Shown: one piece after another, positions 1 to 8,839 of the stretch
Numbering within the stretch: the first letter of the stretch is position 1
Layout: every line of letters starts with the position of its first letter
Source of the DNA: an uncultured Acidobacteriota bacterium
GTDB taxonomy: Bacteria; Acidobacteriota; Vicinamibacteria; Vicinamibacterales; 2-12-FULL-66-21
Length of the DNA stretch: 64,000 bases
Direction of reading: 5' to 3'
Assembly: GCA_963755695.1 (NCBI GenBank)
Contig: CAVWLB010000010.1
Coordinates: 1,002,952 to 1,066,951 of the forward strand
The notes under the pieces: generated by a model
Told to the model about the DNA's origin: nothing
What the model saw: the letters and a program-made list of their open reading frames with translations, nothing else
Database searches by the model: none
Translations under genes and position numbers: made by a program

Positions 1-571
1 CGCCGTAGAACCGAAGATGGCGGCCGCGCGCAACGCGATGGGTGTCGTCGCCCTGAACGAAGGGGACCTCGCCCGTGCGGAAGCCGAAATTGGGCAGGCG
101 CTCGCCCTCAAAGCTGACGTTCGCCTGGCGCACTACAACCTGGCGCTGGTCGCCGAGAAGCGAGGCGACTTCAATCGCGCCGAGCAGGAGTACCAGCGCG
201 AGCTCGAACTGCACTCGAACAACTACAAGGCCGCGTTCAATCTCGGCAAACTCTACGAAGCGGCGCGTCGCCCTGCTGAACAGGAGGCCGCGTTTCGAAA
301 AGCGATCGAAGCCAACCCGGAGTTCGGCGAAGGATATTTCTATCTCGCCAAGCTTTACCTCGATCAAGGACGACAATTCGACGCAGCCGTTTCGCTCGCG
401 CGCAAAGGACTGGAGGTTGCACCCAGGTCGGAGTATGCGCCGCTGGGGCACTATGTGCTCGCCGACCTGTATAGCCGCATGGGACGTGCCGCGGATGCGG
501 CAACCGAAGCGCAGCGCGGACGCGCGCTCGAAGCACGACCTGCGAGCCCGACGAAGGACCCGATGCGATAA
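1..571 (+). CDS. TPR-repeat protein, 5-prime truncated by the window edge
   Basis: The frame of ORF 17..571 stays open to the window start. Successive ~34-aa helical units (AHYNLALVAEKRGDFNRAEQEYQRELEL; YKAAFNLGKLYEAARRPAEQEAAFRKAIEANP; GEGYFYLAKLYLDQGRQFDAA) are typical TPR. Confidence 0.7.
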   Translation, partial: AVEPKMAAARNAMGVVALNEGDLARAEAEIGQALALKADVRLAHYNLALVAEKRGDFNRAEQEYQRELELHSNNYKAAFNLGKLYEAARRPAEQEAAFRKAIEANPEFGEGYFYLAKLYLDQGRQFDAAVSLARKGLEVAPRSEYAPLGHYVLADLYSRMGRAADAATEAQRGRALEARPASPTKDPMR

Positions 572-673
572 AGACGAGAGCTGACGAAAATAAATCCAGA
601 AGATGGAAGGCAGAAGTTTTCTTGATGGCGTTTTCCCTTCAAAATTGCTGATCACCTGCTACACTGAGAAGTT

Positions 674-2401
674 GTGCCAACTACGAAAAAGACTGCTCCA
701 GAACCACAGACCCTTCACATACTGATGGTGACGCCCGAGGCGCGTCCCTTCAAGACGACCGGCGGGCTTGCCGAAGTGGCCGGCACGCTGCCGCACGCGC
801 TTGCGCGCCTCGGACATCGAGTCACGCTCGTCATGCCGCGCTATCGCGGCGTCGACGTTTCCGGTGCCTCGACACAATCGGCGAACGTGCCGTTCGGACC
901 AAACCTCTATCCCGTCACGTTTCACGTTGGCCCCCCGCAGGCGCGCGAGGTGAGCCATGAATCAAAAGGCGCGGCCGTGGCCTCCAAGGTATCGAGTCGT
1001 GCGCCGCGTGTCGCGAGCGATTCCGCGAAGGCTGCAACACGGGGGAGTGCCCCGGCGAAAGCCCCCTCGCGATCCGCGAAGGCGAAGCCTGTCGGCAGCG
1101 TGACGCCGGTGTTCATCGACGCGCCCGATCTCTTCGATCGGGACGGCTTGTATGGCGATGCTGGCGGGGAATACACCGACAATGCGTTCCGCTTCGCCGT
1201 GCTGTCGCGGGGCGCCCTCGAATACGCTCGGCTCACCGGCGATCGTCCGTCGGTGATCCACGCGCACGAATGGCAGACCGGTCTGGTGCCGCTCTATCTG
1301 CGCACGGTTCTCGCCGACGATCCCGTTTTGGGCGGCGTGCCATCCGTCTTCACGATCCACAACGTCGCGTTCCAGGGCTTGTTTGCCCCCGACATGCTGC
1401 GATGGATCGACATCTCGCCGGAGCTGTATAGCGCCGAAGGCCTCGAGTTCTATGGGCGCGCCAGCCTGCTCAAGGCAGGCACGCTCTTCAGCGACAAGGT
1501 GACGACCGTCAGCCCAAGCTACGCGCGGGAGCTGTTGACGCCCGGCTACGACTTCGCGTTCGGGTTCGAAGGCATTCTTGCCAGCCGAAGCGCCGACTTC
1601 AGCGGAATTCTGAACGGCATCGACACGAACCTCTGGAATCCGGAGAACGATCGATTCATTCCGAAGCCGTTCAACGCTTCGACGCCGGAGGGGAAGCTCG
1701 AAGCCAAACGAGCACTGCTCAGCCTTGTCGGTCTTCCCACCGACGAGGCGTCCCTTTCGCGGCCGACTATCGGCCTGCTCTCGCGACTGACCTATCAGAA
1801 GGGGTTCGACCTGCTGAGCGCCGTGGCGGAATCGCTGATGAAGCTCGACGCGAACTGGGTTCTTCTTGGCGATGGCAACCGGCAGAACGAGGAGCGCTGG
1901 ACGGCGCTGGCCGAGAAGCATCCCGGTCTCGCGACCCACATCGGCTTCGACGAAGAACTGGCGCACCTCATCCACGCTGGATCCGACCTGTTCCTGATGC
2001 CCTCCCGGTACGAACCATGCGGGCTGAATCAGATGTATGCGATGCGGTACGGCACGCTGCCCGTGGTGCGCGCCACCGGCGGACTCGAGGATACCGTTCA
2101 GGATGCCGACGAAGTACCCAAAGGGGCAACCGGCTTCCGTTTCCGGGAGTTCACGGCCGAGTCGCTCCTCGACGCACTTCATCGGAGCATCGCCGCGTTC
2201 CGCAACCGGCAGCGATGGAAGACGCTTCAGCGAAACGCCATGAAGCGCGACCATTCCTGGGACGTTTCAGCCCGGGAGTATGTCAAAGTGTACAGGGGAT
2301 TGGAGAACCGAGAGGACAGACATGGCATCCGAAAAGGTACAGACGCTGACGGACGGGAACTTCGAACAGACAATCAACAGCGGAAGAGTCGTGCTCGTTG
2401 A
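674..2401 (+). CDS. glgA: glycogen (starch) synthase, GT5 family
   Basis: LHILMVTPEARPFKTTGGLAEV at the N-terminus, plus HAHEWQTGLVP, SRLTYQKGFDL and PSRYEPCGLNQMYAMRYGT. GTG start at 674. The last 80 nt overlap trxA, so the true 3-prime end is uncertain. Confidence 0.88.
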   Translation: MPTTKKTAPEPQTLHILMVTPEARPFKTTGGLAEVAGTLPHALARLGHRVTLVMPRYRGVDVSGASTQSANVPFGPNLYPVTFHVGPPQAREVSHESKGAAVASKVSSRAPRVASDSAKAATRGSAPAKAPSRSAKAKPVGSVTPVFIDAPDLFDRDGLYGDAGGEYTDNAFRFAVLSRGALEYARLTGDRPSVIHAHEWQTGLVPLYLRTVLADDPVLGGVPSVFTIHNVAFQGLFAPDMLRWIDISPELYSAEGLEFYGRASLLKAGTLFSDKVTTVSPSYARELLTPGYDFAFGFEGILASRSADFSGILNGIDTNLWNPENDRFIPKPFNASTPEGKLEAKRALLSLVGLPTDEASLSRPTIGLLSRLTYQKGFDLLSAVAESLMKLDANWVLLGDGNRQNEERWTALAEKHPGLATHIGFDEELAHLIHAGSDLFLMPSRYEPCGLNQMYAMRYGTLPVVRATGGLEDTVQDADEVPKGATGFRFREFTAESLLDALHRSIAAFRNRQRWKTLQRNAMKRDHSWDVSAREYVKVYRGLENREDRHGIRKGTDADGRELRTDNQQRKSRAR

Positions 2402-2651
2402 TTTCTGGGCGCAATGGTGTGGCCCGTGCCGCCGGCTGGCGCCAACGGTCGACGAGCTTGCGACCGATTACGACGGCAAGCTGGTCGTCGCGAAGATGGA
2501 CGTCGACGAGAATCCCAACACGCCGAATCGCTTCAGCGTGCGCGGCATCCCGACGCTGCTCCTGTTCAAGGGGGGCCAGGTCGTCGAGCAGGTCGTCGGG
2601 CTGACCGACAAGGATTCGTTGAAGAAGGTCATCGACAAGCACGTGGCCTGA
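2322..2651 (+). CDS. trxA: thioredoxin
   Basis: VLVDFWAQWCGPCRRLAP active-site WCGPC motif and an RGIPTLLLFKGG segment. Internal ATG at 2322 is preceded by GAGAGGA. ORF track frame 2280..2651. Confidence 0.92.
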   Translation: MASEKVQTLTDGNFEQTINSGRVVLVDFWAQWCGPCRRLAPTVDELATDYDGKLVVAKMDVDENPNTPNRFSVRGIPTLLLFKGGQVVEQVVGLTDKDSLKKVIDKHVA

Positions 2652-2711
2652 GGGTTGACTCAAGGAACGCGTGAGACCCGCGCAAGGCGCCGAGCGCGCG
2701 ACCACTGATTA

Positions 2712-3680
2712 ATGCCTGAAAGAAACGTCATCATCATCGGGTCAGGGCCTGCCGGGCTGACCGCCGCGCTCTATGCGGCGCGCGCCAACCTGAAGCCGCT
2801 GGTCATCGAGGGTCTCGAGGCCGGTGGTCAGCTGATGCTCACCACGCTGGTCGAGAACTGGCCCGGGTATCGCGATGGGATCATGGGGCCCGAGCTGATG
2901 GCGGAGATGCGCGCCCAGGCGGAGCGTTTCGGCGCCGAAATCGTCCGCGGTCACGTGTCGGCTGTCGACCTCATGTCGAGGCCTCACACGGTGACTACCT
3001 CGGAGGGCACGTTCTCGGCGCGGTCGCTGGTGATCGCCACGGGCGCATCGGCACGGCTCCTCGGTCTGACGTCCGAGCGCGCGTTGATCGGCCACGGCGT
3101 GTCCACCTGCGCGACCTGCGATGGCTATTTCTTCCGCGGGAAGCCAATCGCCGTGGTCGGCGGCGGCGACTCCGCCATGGAAGAAGCGGTGTTCCTCACG
3201 CGGTTCGCCTCGCACGTCACCGTGGTCCATCGCCGCGACACGCTCCGCGCGTCGAAAATCATGCAGGACAAGGCGTTCGCGAACCCGAAGATCTCGTTCG
3301 AGTGGAATGCCGAGGTCGAAGAGATCAAGGACACGGGCAAGGGGGAAGTGACGGCGATGGTGCTGCAAAACAAGGTCACCGGCGAGCGCAAGCAGCTCTC
3401 TGTCGAAGGCGTGTTCGTCGCCATCGGCCACACCCCGAACACGGCCCTCTTCCACGGACAGCTGGAAATGGACGCGAACGGCTACATCGTCACGCATGCC
3501 GGGTCGCGAACCAGCATCCCCGGCGTGTTCGCGTGCGGCGACGTGCAGGATCACGTCTATCGTCAGGCGATCACTGCGGCCGGATCCGGGTGCATGGCGG
3601 CAATTGACGCGGAAAAGTACCTGGAAGGGCTTCCCCAGCATCTCGGGGAAGCGACGTTGGAGTCCCGCGCGATCGGATGA
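2712..3680 (+). CDS. trxB: thioredoxin-disulfide reductase
   Basis: [21 protein letters not shown] motif, redox-active [23 protein letters not shown] motif and FACGDVQD. Confidence 0.93.
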   Translation: MPERNVIIIGSGPAGLTAALYAARANLKPLVIEGLEAGGQLMLTTLVENWPGYRDGIMGPELMAEMRAQAERFGAEIVRGHVSAVDLMSRPHTVTTSEGTFSARSLVIATGASARLLGLTSERALIGHGVSTCATCDGYFFRGKPIAVVGGGDSAMEEAVFLTRFASHVTVVHRRDTLRASKIMQDKAFANPKISFEWNAEVEEIKDTGKGEVTAMVLQNKVTGERKQLSVEGVFVAIGHTPNTALFHGQLEMDANGYIVTHAGSRTSIPGVFACGDVQDHVYRQAITAAGSGCMAAIDAEKYLEGLPQHLGEATLESRAIG

Positions 3681-3682
3681 TG

Positions 3683-3835
3683 TGATTTGGTGAATTGGTG
3701 ATTCAGTAATTTGGTAATTTGGCCTGCGGCGGCTCCCGCCGCCGCTTCAAAGCTCCACCGCCAACTTCAAAAGGACGCGCGGTAGCGCGTCCGAAGCCAA
3801 TCACCAAATCCCTGAATCACCAATTCACCAAATCA
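3683..3835. repeat. family-A hairpin element, copy 1 (MITE/REP-like)
   Basis: Perfect 23-bp terminal inverted repeat: gatttggtgaattggtgattcag at 3684-3706 against 3812-3834. Internal perfect hairpins GCGGCGG/CCGCCGC (3726-3745) and GGACGCGC-ggta-GCGCGTCC (3773-3792). It fills the trxB-mnmA gap and overlaps the mnmA stop. Confidence 0.85.
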
Positions 3836-4891
3836 GTCGATCCACCCTCCCCCAACTACATAGTCACCCTCGTAGAACACCACCGCCTGTCCTGGCGTAA
3901 TCGCGCTCTGCGGCTCGTCGAACGTGACCGTCACTCGCGCGTCGGGGTGCGGTATTACCGTAGCGGCGGCCTCCCGATGACGATAGCGGATCCGTACGTG
4001 TGCGCGAATTGGTGCCGACGGTGTGTCGCCACTGATCCAGTTCACACGTGACGCGGTCAATGTCGTGCGCTCGAGCGCCTCGCGCGGGCCAACCGTCACC
4101 GTCGCAGACTCGGCGTCGATGCCGACGACGTAGAGGGGAATTGCGGCGGAGACCCCGAGTCCTTTCCGCTGTCCGATCGTGAAGCGATGCACTCCCTCGT
4201 GCCGGGCGAGGACACGCCCGTCCTGATCTCGGACGACGCCTGCTGGAAGCGCCGCGCGCTTCTGGACGAAGTCGGCATGCTCGCCGGCCGCGACGAAACA
4301 GATCTCCTGGCTGTCGTGCTTCTCGGCGACGGAGAGTCCGAGGCGTCGCGCCGCCTCCCGGACCGCCGGCTTGTCGAGTGCGCCAACAGGAAAGCACGCC
4401 CGGGCGAGTTGCGACTGGGTCAGGGTGAAAAGGAAGTACGACTGGTCCTTTGCCCGATCGACGCCACCCTTCAGCCGATACCGACCGGTCACCGGATCCC
4501 GATCGACCTGCGCGTAATGTCCCGTCGCCACCGCCTCGGCACCGAAACCCTCGCCGCGCTCCACGAGTGAAGCGAACTTCAGATCGCCATTGCAGTGAAC
4601 ACACGGAATCGGCGTCCGCCCCGCAGCGTACTCGCGGACGAAGTCGGACACCACGTGATCCTCGAATCGCCGCTCGAAATTGACGATGTAGTGGGGGATG
4701 CCGATCGTCCGCGCAACGCGGCGGGCGTCGTAGAGATCGTCGAGCGTGCAGCAGCTCCCGAAGCGGATCTCGCCCTGCTGCTGATCGTACAGCTGCATGG
4801 AAAGGCCGATCACGTCGTGACCGTCGCGGGCCAGCAGCGCCGCGGCCACCGACGAATCGACGCCGCCTGACATCGCGACGACGACGCGCAT
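3833..4891 (-). CDS. mnmA: tRNA 2-thiouridine(34) synthase
   Basis: MRVVVAMSGGVDSSVAAALL PP-loop motif, catalytic-Cys context CVHCNG, full-length 352 aa. Confidence 0.92.
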   Translation of the reverse strand: MRVVVAMSGGVDSSVAAALLARDGHDVIGLSMQLYDQQQGEIRFGSCCTLDDLYDARRVARTIGIPHYIVNFERRFEDHVVSDFVREYAAGRTPIPCVHCNGDLKFASLVERGEGFGAEAVATGHYAQVDRDPVTGRYRLKGGVDRAKDQSYFLFTLTQSQLARACFPVGALDKPAVREAARRLGLSVAEKHDSQEICFVAAGEHADFVQKRAALPAGVVRDQDGRVLARHEGVHRFTIGQRKGLGVSAAIPLYVVGIDAESATVTVGPREALERTTLTASRVNWISGDTPSAPIRAHVRIRYRHREAAATVIPHPDARVTVTFDEPQSAITPGQAVVFYEGDYVVGGGWID

Positions 4892-5027
4892 GATGCTGGA
4901 ATTGGTGAATTGGTAATTCAGTGGTCTGGTAATTTTGCTTGCGGCGGCTCCCGCCGCCGCTTCAAAGGACGCGCGGTAGCGAGTCCGAAGCCAATCACCA
5001 ACTTACTGAATCACCACTTCATCAGAT
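4892..5027. repeat. family-A hairpin element, copy 2
   Basis: Shares the core tgcggcggctcccgccgccgcttcaaag...gacgcgcggtagcg.gtccgaagccaatcaccaa with copy 1, in the same orientation. It lacks a 19-21 nt internal duplication present in copy 1. Arms are built from ttggtga/tcaccaa words. Confidence 0.85.
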
Positions 5028-5030
5028 TCA

Positions 5031-6185
5031 CTACCTCCTGACCAGAGCGCGGAGCTTTTCGACGACGGAGGGAAGCTTCGCGATGAGACTGTCGACCTGG
5101 GTTTCGGTGTTGCCCGCGCCCAGGCTGAAACGGATCGAGTTCTGCGTGCGATGCGTGGGGAGTCCCATCGCGCGCAAGACGTGCGACGGCTCCAGTGTGC
5201 CGGACGAGCAGGCTGATCCGGTCGAGACCGCAAAGCCTTCGAGATCGAGCGCGATCAGCAACGATTCCGCTTCGACCCCGTCGAAGCTGATGTTCGTCGT
5301 ATTCGGCACTCGCGGCGTTGGCGCACCGTTCACCTGAGTCCCCGGCACGCGCTCGACAATTCCACGCTCGAGACGGTCGCGCAGCGCGGCGATGCGAAGG
5401 CCCTCGGCCGAAAGTTTCTTCTGCGCGAGACGCGCGGCAACGCCGAGGCCGGCGTGTCCCGGGACATTCTCGGTGCCGCCGCGGCGATTGCGTTCGTGCT
5501 TGCCGCCGGTCATGGTTGCGACCATGCGGGTGCCCCGCTTGATCCATAGCGCGCCGGATCCTTTCGGGCCGTTGAACTTGTGCGCGGAGAGCGACAGCAG
5601 ATCGACACCGAGCGTGCGCACGTTGACGGGAACCTTGCCCGCGGTCTGTACCGCGTCGGTATGAAACAGCGCGCCACGGGCATGAGCGATCGAGGCCAGC
5701 GATTCGATCGGCTGAATCGTGCCGATCTCGTTGTTCGCGTGCATCACCGAGACGATCGCGGTTTCGTCGTTGATCACGTCCTCGAGCGCCGAGGGAGCGA
5801 CGAGACCGCTGGCATCCACTGGCAACAACGTGACCGACCAGCCGCGCCGCGACAGCGCCTTCACCGTGTTCAGGACCGCCTCGTGTTCGATGCTGCTGGT
5901 AATCAGGCGCCGGCGTCCGCTCGGCTCGAGCGGTTCCGCGGCACCGCGAAGCGCCAGATTGTCGGCCTCGGTGCCACCGCTGGTGAGCACGATTTCCGCC
6001 GCTTCGGCCCCGATGAGATCCGCCACCGCCGATCGTGCCTCGTCCAGCACGGCCTTGGCGCGCTGCCCGAAGTGGTGCACACTCGATGGATTGCCGAAAT
6101 CGTCGGTCAGCGCACGATGGACCGCCTCGATGACCGCGGGATCTGGCGGCGTGGTCGCGTTGTGGTCAAAGTAGCAGCGAGACAT
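5031..6185 (-). CDS. cysteine desulfurase (NifS/IscS-type class V aminotransferase)
   Basis: Has the SAHKFNGPKG PLP-lysine region and the STGSACSSG active-site Cys loop. 384 aa. Sits upstream of mnmA on the same strand. Confidence 0.9.
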   Translation of the reverse strand: MSRCYFDHNATTPPDPAVIEAVHRALTDDFGNPSSVHHFGQRAKAVLDEARSAVADLIGAEAAEIVLTSGGTEADNLALRGAAEPLEPSGRRRLITSSIEHEAVLNTVKALSRRGWSVTLLPVDASGLVAPSALEDVINDETAIVSVMHANNEIGTIQPIESLASIAHARGALFHTDAVQTAGKVPVNVRTLGVDLLSLSAHKFNGPKGSGALWIKRGTRMVATMTGGKHERNRRGGTENVPGHAGLGVAARLAQKKLSAEGLRIAALRDRLERGIVERVPGTQVNGAPTPRVPNTTNISFDGVEAESLLIALDLEGFAVSTGSACSSGTLEPSHVLRAMGLPTHRTQNSIRFSLGAGNTETQVDSLIAKLPSVVEKLRALVRR

Positions 6186-6388
6186 GACGGTTTTTGTTTA
6201 GTTGACCGCACGATGCGGGCCAATTTCGGTACTCGGCAGTCTCCGATTGTACCATTCCACCGTAACCCTCAGCAATAAAAGGACTAGACACGGTCGAGCA
6301 AGCGGTGCCATACTGGCTGGACCGCTGCCCAGCGAACGATAATGAGACACCCTGCGAGGTCACTTTCGATAGGTGGAGAGGTAAAGCC

Positions 6389-6955
6389 ATGTGGAAACGG
6401 GATGACGCGGTAAAGCCGACACCCCCTGCCGGGAGCGGCCCCGCGACGGGCCAGAGCGGCGCGAGTACGTCTGTCACGCCGTCATCGGTAGATCCGGTGC
6501 GGACCGTCAATGAACCTCATCGAGGATTGGAGAGGACGACCGTGAACATCGGAAAATCCGTCGTGATTAAAGGTGAGCTCAGCGGCAGCGAGGATCTCAC
6601 CATCGAGGGGCAGGTCGAAGGCAAGATCGAGCTTCGCCAGAACATCCTGACGATTGGTCCGAACGCGCGTATCAAAGCGCAGGTGTTCGCCAAAGGGGTC
6701 GTCATCCTGGGGGAAATCACCGGCAACGTCACGGCCACCGAGAAGGTGGACATCCGCGACAACGGATCGGTGGATGGCGACATTGCCGCCCCGCGCGTGG
6801 CGATCGCCGAAGGCGCGCACTTCCGCGGAAGCATCGATATGCAGCGCGCCGGCGGAAAGCCGGAAGCGAAGACCGAGCCGAAGCCGGCCGCGGCCTCGAC
6901 CGCCGCGCAGCAGCCAACCCACGCCCCGGCCCCCGCGGGTGCGGGATCGCGCTGA
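6389..6955 (+). CDS. bactofilin-family cytoskeletal protein
   Basis: Beta-helical DUF583 core: IGKSVVIKGELSGSEDLTIEGQVEGKIEL...ITGNVTATEKVDIRDNGSVDGDIAAPRVAIAEGAHFRGSIDM. Pro/Ala-rich tail. ATG at 6389 is preceded by GGAGAG. Confidence 0.85.
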   Translation: MWKRDDAVKPTPPAGSGPATGQSGASTSVTPSSVDPVRTVNEPHRGLERTTVNIGKSVVIKGELSGSEDLTIEGQVEGKIELRQNILTIGPNARIKAQVFAKGVVILGEITGNVTATEKVDIRDNGSVDGDIAAPRVAIAEGAHFRGSIDMQRAGGKPEAKTEPKPAAASTAAQQPTHAPAPAGAGSR

Positions 6956-6961
6956 GCGGAT

Positions 6962-7100
6962 ACCGGCAGTCCGCGGCACCAATCAGCGGTTCGCGCCAAA
7001 AGTCCGCAGTCGGCAGCAGGTAGCGTCATCGCGCTGCTGACTGCGAACTGCACTTGCAGACGGCAGGTCGCCGGCTACAGACCGCAGTCCGCAGACTGCC
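6962..7100. repeat. intergenic word-repeat/hairpin array (CCGCAGT/GCAGAC words)
   Basis: ccgcagtc occurs at 7004-7011 and 7082-7089, and cagtccgc at 6967 and 7085. Imperfect hairpin cgcagtcggcagcagg...ctgctgactgcg lies at 7005-7045. Confidence 0.7.
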
Positions 7101-7112
7101 ACCGATACCGAC

Positions 7113-7781
7113 GTGTCCATTTCTGACCTTTTGAAATTCGGCGGCAAGCGGCCAAACCAGAGCACCGGCGCGGGCAACGACGTGTCGGCTGCCACGGGCG
7201 CCGATTCGACCGTGGTGTCGAAGGCGCTGCCGAAGTTCATTGCCGCGCTCTCGAGCACCCAGTCGCCGATGCTCATTGATTTCGGTCCGGTCATCGGTCC
7301 GAATGTCGCGTTCTTCGGCGAGACGCTCGGGTGCAAGCTGTTCATCGAGGATCTCGCCAAGGATCTCGAGCGGCACACACGCGCCGGCACCCGCGAAGAG
7401 TTGCCGGACTTGTTCGCCAAACGCTTCTCACAAGCGGACGGAAGCGTCGACGGCGTGCTCTGCTGGGATATCTTCGATTTTCTCGAACGTCCCGCCGCGC
7501 AGGCGCTCGCCAAGGAAGTCGTGCGGGTGCTGAAGCCGGGTGGTGTCGCCATGGGGTTCTTCTGCAGCTCGATGGTGGGCGTTCCCCCTCAATCGCCATT
7601 CACGAAATTCGAGATCGTCGAAGACACGACCTTGCGCCAGCGCTCTCACCCGGGCGCCAGCGGACCGAAGTTCGTACTGCAGAACCGCGACATCATCAGG
7701 ATGTTCGAGGGGCTGTCGGTCGCCGACTCGTTCCTTCTGAAGAGCAACACCCGGGAAATGCTGCTGCGCAAGCGGGCGTAA
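7113..7781 (+). CDS. class I SAM-dependent methyltransferase
   Basis: LIDFGPVIGPN (motif I-like), VDGVLCWDIFDFLE and VLKPGGVAMGFF. GTG start. Confidence 0.7.
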   Translation: MSISDLLKFGGKRPNQSTGAGNDVSAATGADSTVVSKALPKFIAALSSTQSPMLIDFGPVIGPNVAFFGETLGCKLFIEDLAKDLERHTRAGTREELPDLFAKRFSQADGSVDGVLCWDIFDFLERPAAQALAKEVVRVLKPGGVAMGFFCSSMVGVPPQSPFTKFEIVEDTTLRQRSHPGASGPKFVLQNRDIIRMFEGLSVADSFLLKSNTREMLLRKRA

Positions 7782-7782
7782 C

Positions 7783-8571
7783 GTGCGTCCCGTTCTTGCG
7801 TTCCTGACCGACTTCGGCACACGTGACCACTACGCGGGAACGATGAAGGCGGTCGCGCTCGGCATCTGTCCCGACGCGACCCTGCTCGACATCACCCATG
7901 ACGTCCCGCCGCACGACATCCTGGCGGGAGCGATGGAACTCGCGGCTGCCTACCGGTACTTTCCCGCGGGGACGATCTTCGTCGCGGTGGTTGATCCGGG
8001 GGTCGGTTCGGCGCGCCGCGGCATCGCGGCGGAAACGGCCGACTACAAGTTCGTCGCGCCCGACAACGGCGTCCTCACGGCTGTGCTCCGCGAGACGCCG
8101 CCGAAAAAGACCGTGGAGCTCACCGAGCGACGCTACGCGCGACCCACCGTCAGCCGCACGTTCGAAGGCCGGGATCGCTTCGCGCCGGCGGCGGCATGGC
8201 TGGCCAAGGGCATTCAGCTCTCTGCGCTCGGCCGCCCCGTCGCCGAGATTCAGCGCATCGAGATCCCGGTCCCGGAGGTGTCAGCCGACGCGGTCACCGG
8301 AATAGTGCTTCGCGTCGATCGATTCGGCAACCTGGTCACGAACATCGATCGCAAGACCATCGAGCGCCTCGCCCAGGGGAACGTGATCGAGATTGATGCG
8401 GGCGGGCAGCGCATCGAACGGCTGGTTGCAACCTACGCGGAGCTTCCCGTGGAGGGTGTCGGGGCGCTCTTCGGCAGCACCGATCATCTCGAACTGGCGG
8501 CCCCGTCCTCCAGCGCCGCGGATCGCCTGGCCCTGGCCCGCGGCGCCATCGTCAAAATCACCCGGCGGTAA
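7783..8571 (+). CDS. SAM hydrolase / SAM hydroxide adenosyltransferase family (DUF62)
   Basis: LAFLTDFGTRDHYAGTMKAV, DITHDVPPHDI, VAVVDPGVGS, VAPDNGVL and RFGNLVTNI are the conserved blocks of the fluorinase-related DUF62 family. Confidence 0.85.
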   Translation: MRPVLAFLTDFGTRDHYAGTMKAVALGICPDATLLDITHDVPPHDILAGAMELAAAYRYFPAGTIFVAVVDPGVGSARRGIAAETADYKFVAPDNGVLTAVLRETPPKKTVELTERRYARPTVSRTFEGRDRFAPAAAWLAKGIQLSALGRPVAEIQRIEIPVPEVSADAVTGIVLRVDRFGNLVTNIDRKTIERLAQGNVIEIDAGGQRIERLVATYAELPVEGVGALFGSTDHLELAAPSSSAADRLALARGAIVKITRR

Positions 8572-8579
8572 AACCTCAC

Positions 8580-8784
8580 AATCGAAGAGTCGAAGGACGA
8601 GCGAAGGGTTCGAGGGAACGCCGGAACTCGTTTCTAATCGAAGGGCGAACCTCGAAGGTCGAAGCGTCGAAGGTTGAAGCAGCCGAGAGCGTCAATTCGG
8701 TCCGAACCCGTCGAGCGATTCAGGGCAAACACCTGATCGGGTCTCCTTCGATTCCTTGGGTCCTCCTTCGATTCCTTCGATTTT
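8580..8784. repeat. intergenic word-repeat/hairpin array (TCGAAGG on the left, CCTTCGA on the right)
   Basis: At least seven tcgaag-type words at 8582-8675 and three ccttcgatt words at 8745-8784, so the two halves are reverse complements. Confidence 0.8.
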
Positions 8785-8839
8785 CAAAAGCGCCCTCTCA
8801 TGAAAGAATAGCGGTTTCTATCTTTCAGAGGACGGCTTC

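Noticed and set aside
962-2254. 430-aa ORF antisense to glgA
   Set aside because: Arg/Gly/Ala/Pro-rich composition with no recognisable motifs. It lies entirely opposite a well-supported gene. This is a typical open antisense frame in GC-rich DNA.
6305-6388. Longer bactofilin start at 6305
   Set aside because: The extension (MPYWLDRCPANDNETPCEV...) is not bactofilin-like and lacks an RBS. ATG 6389 follows GGAGAG.
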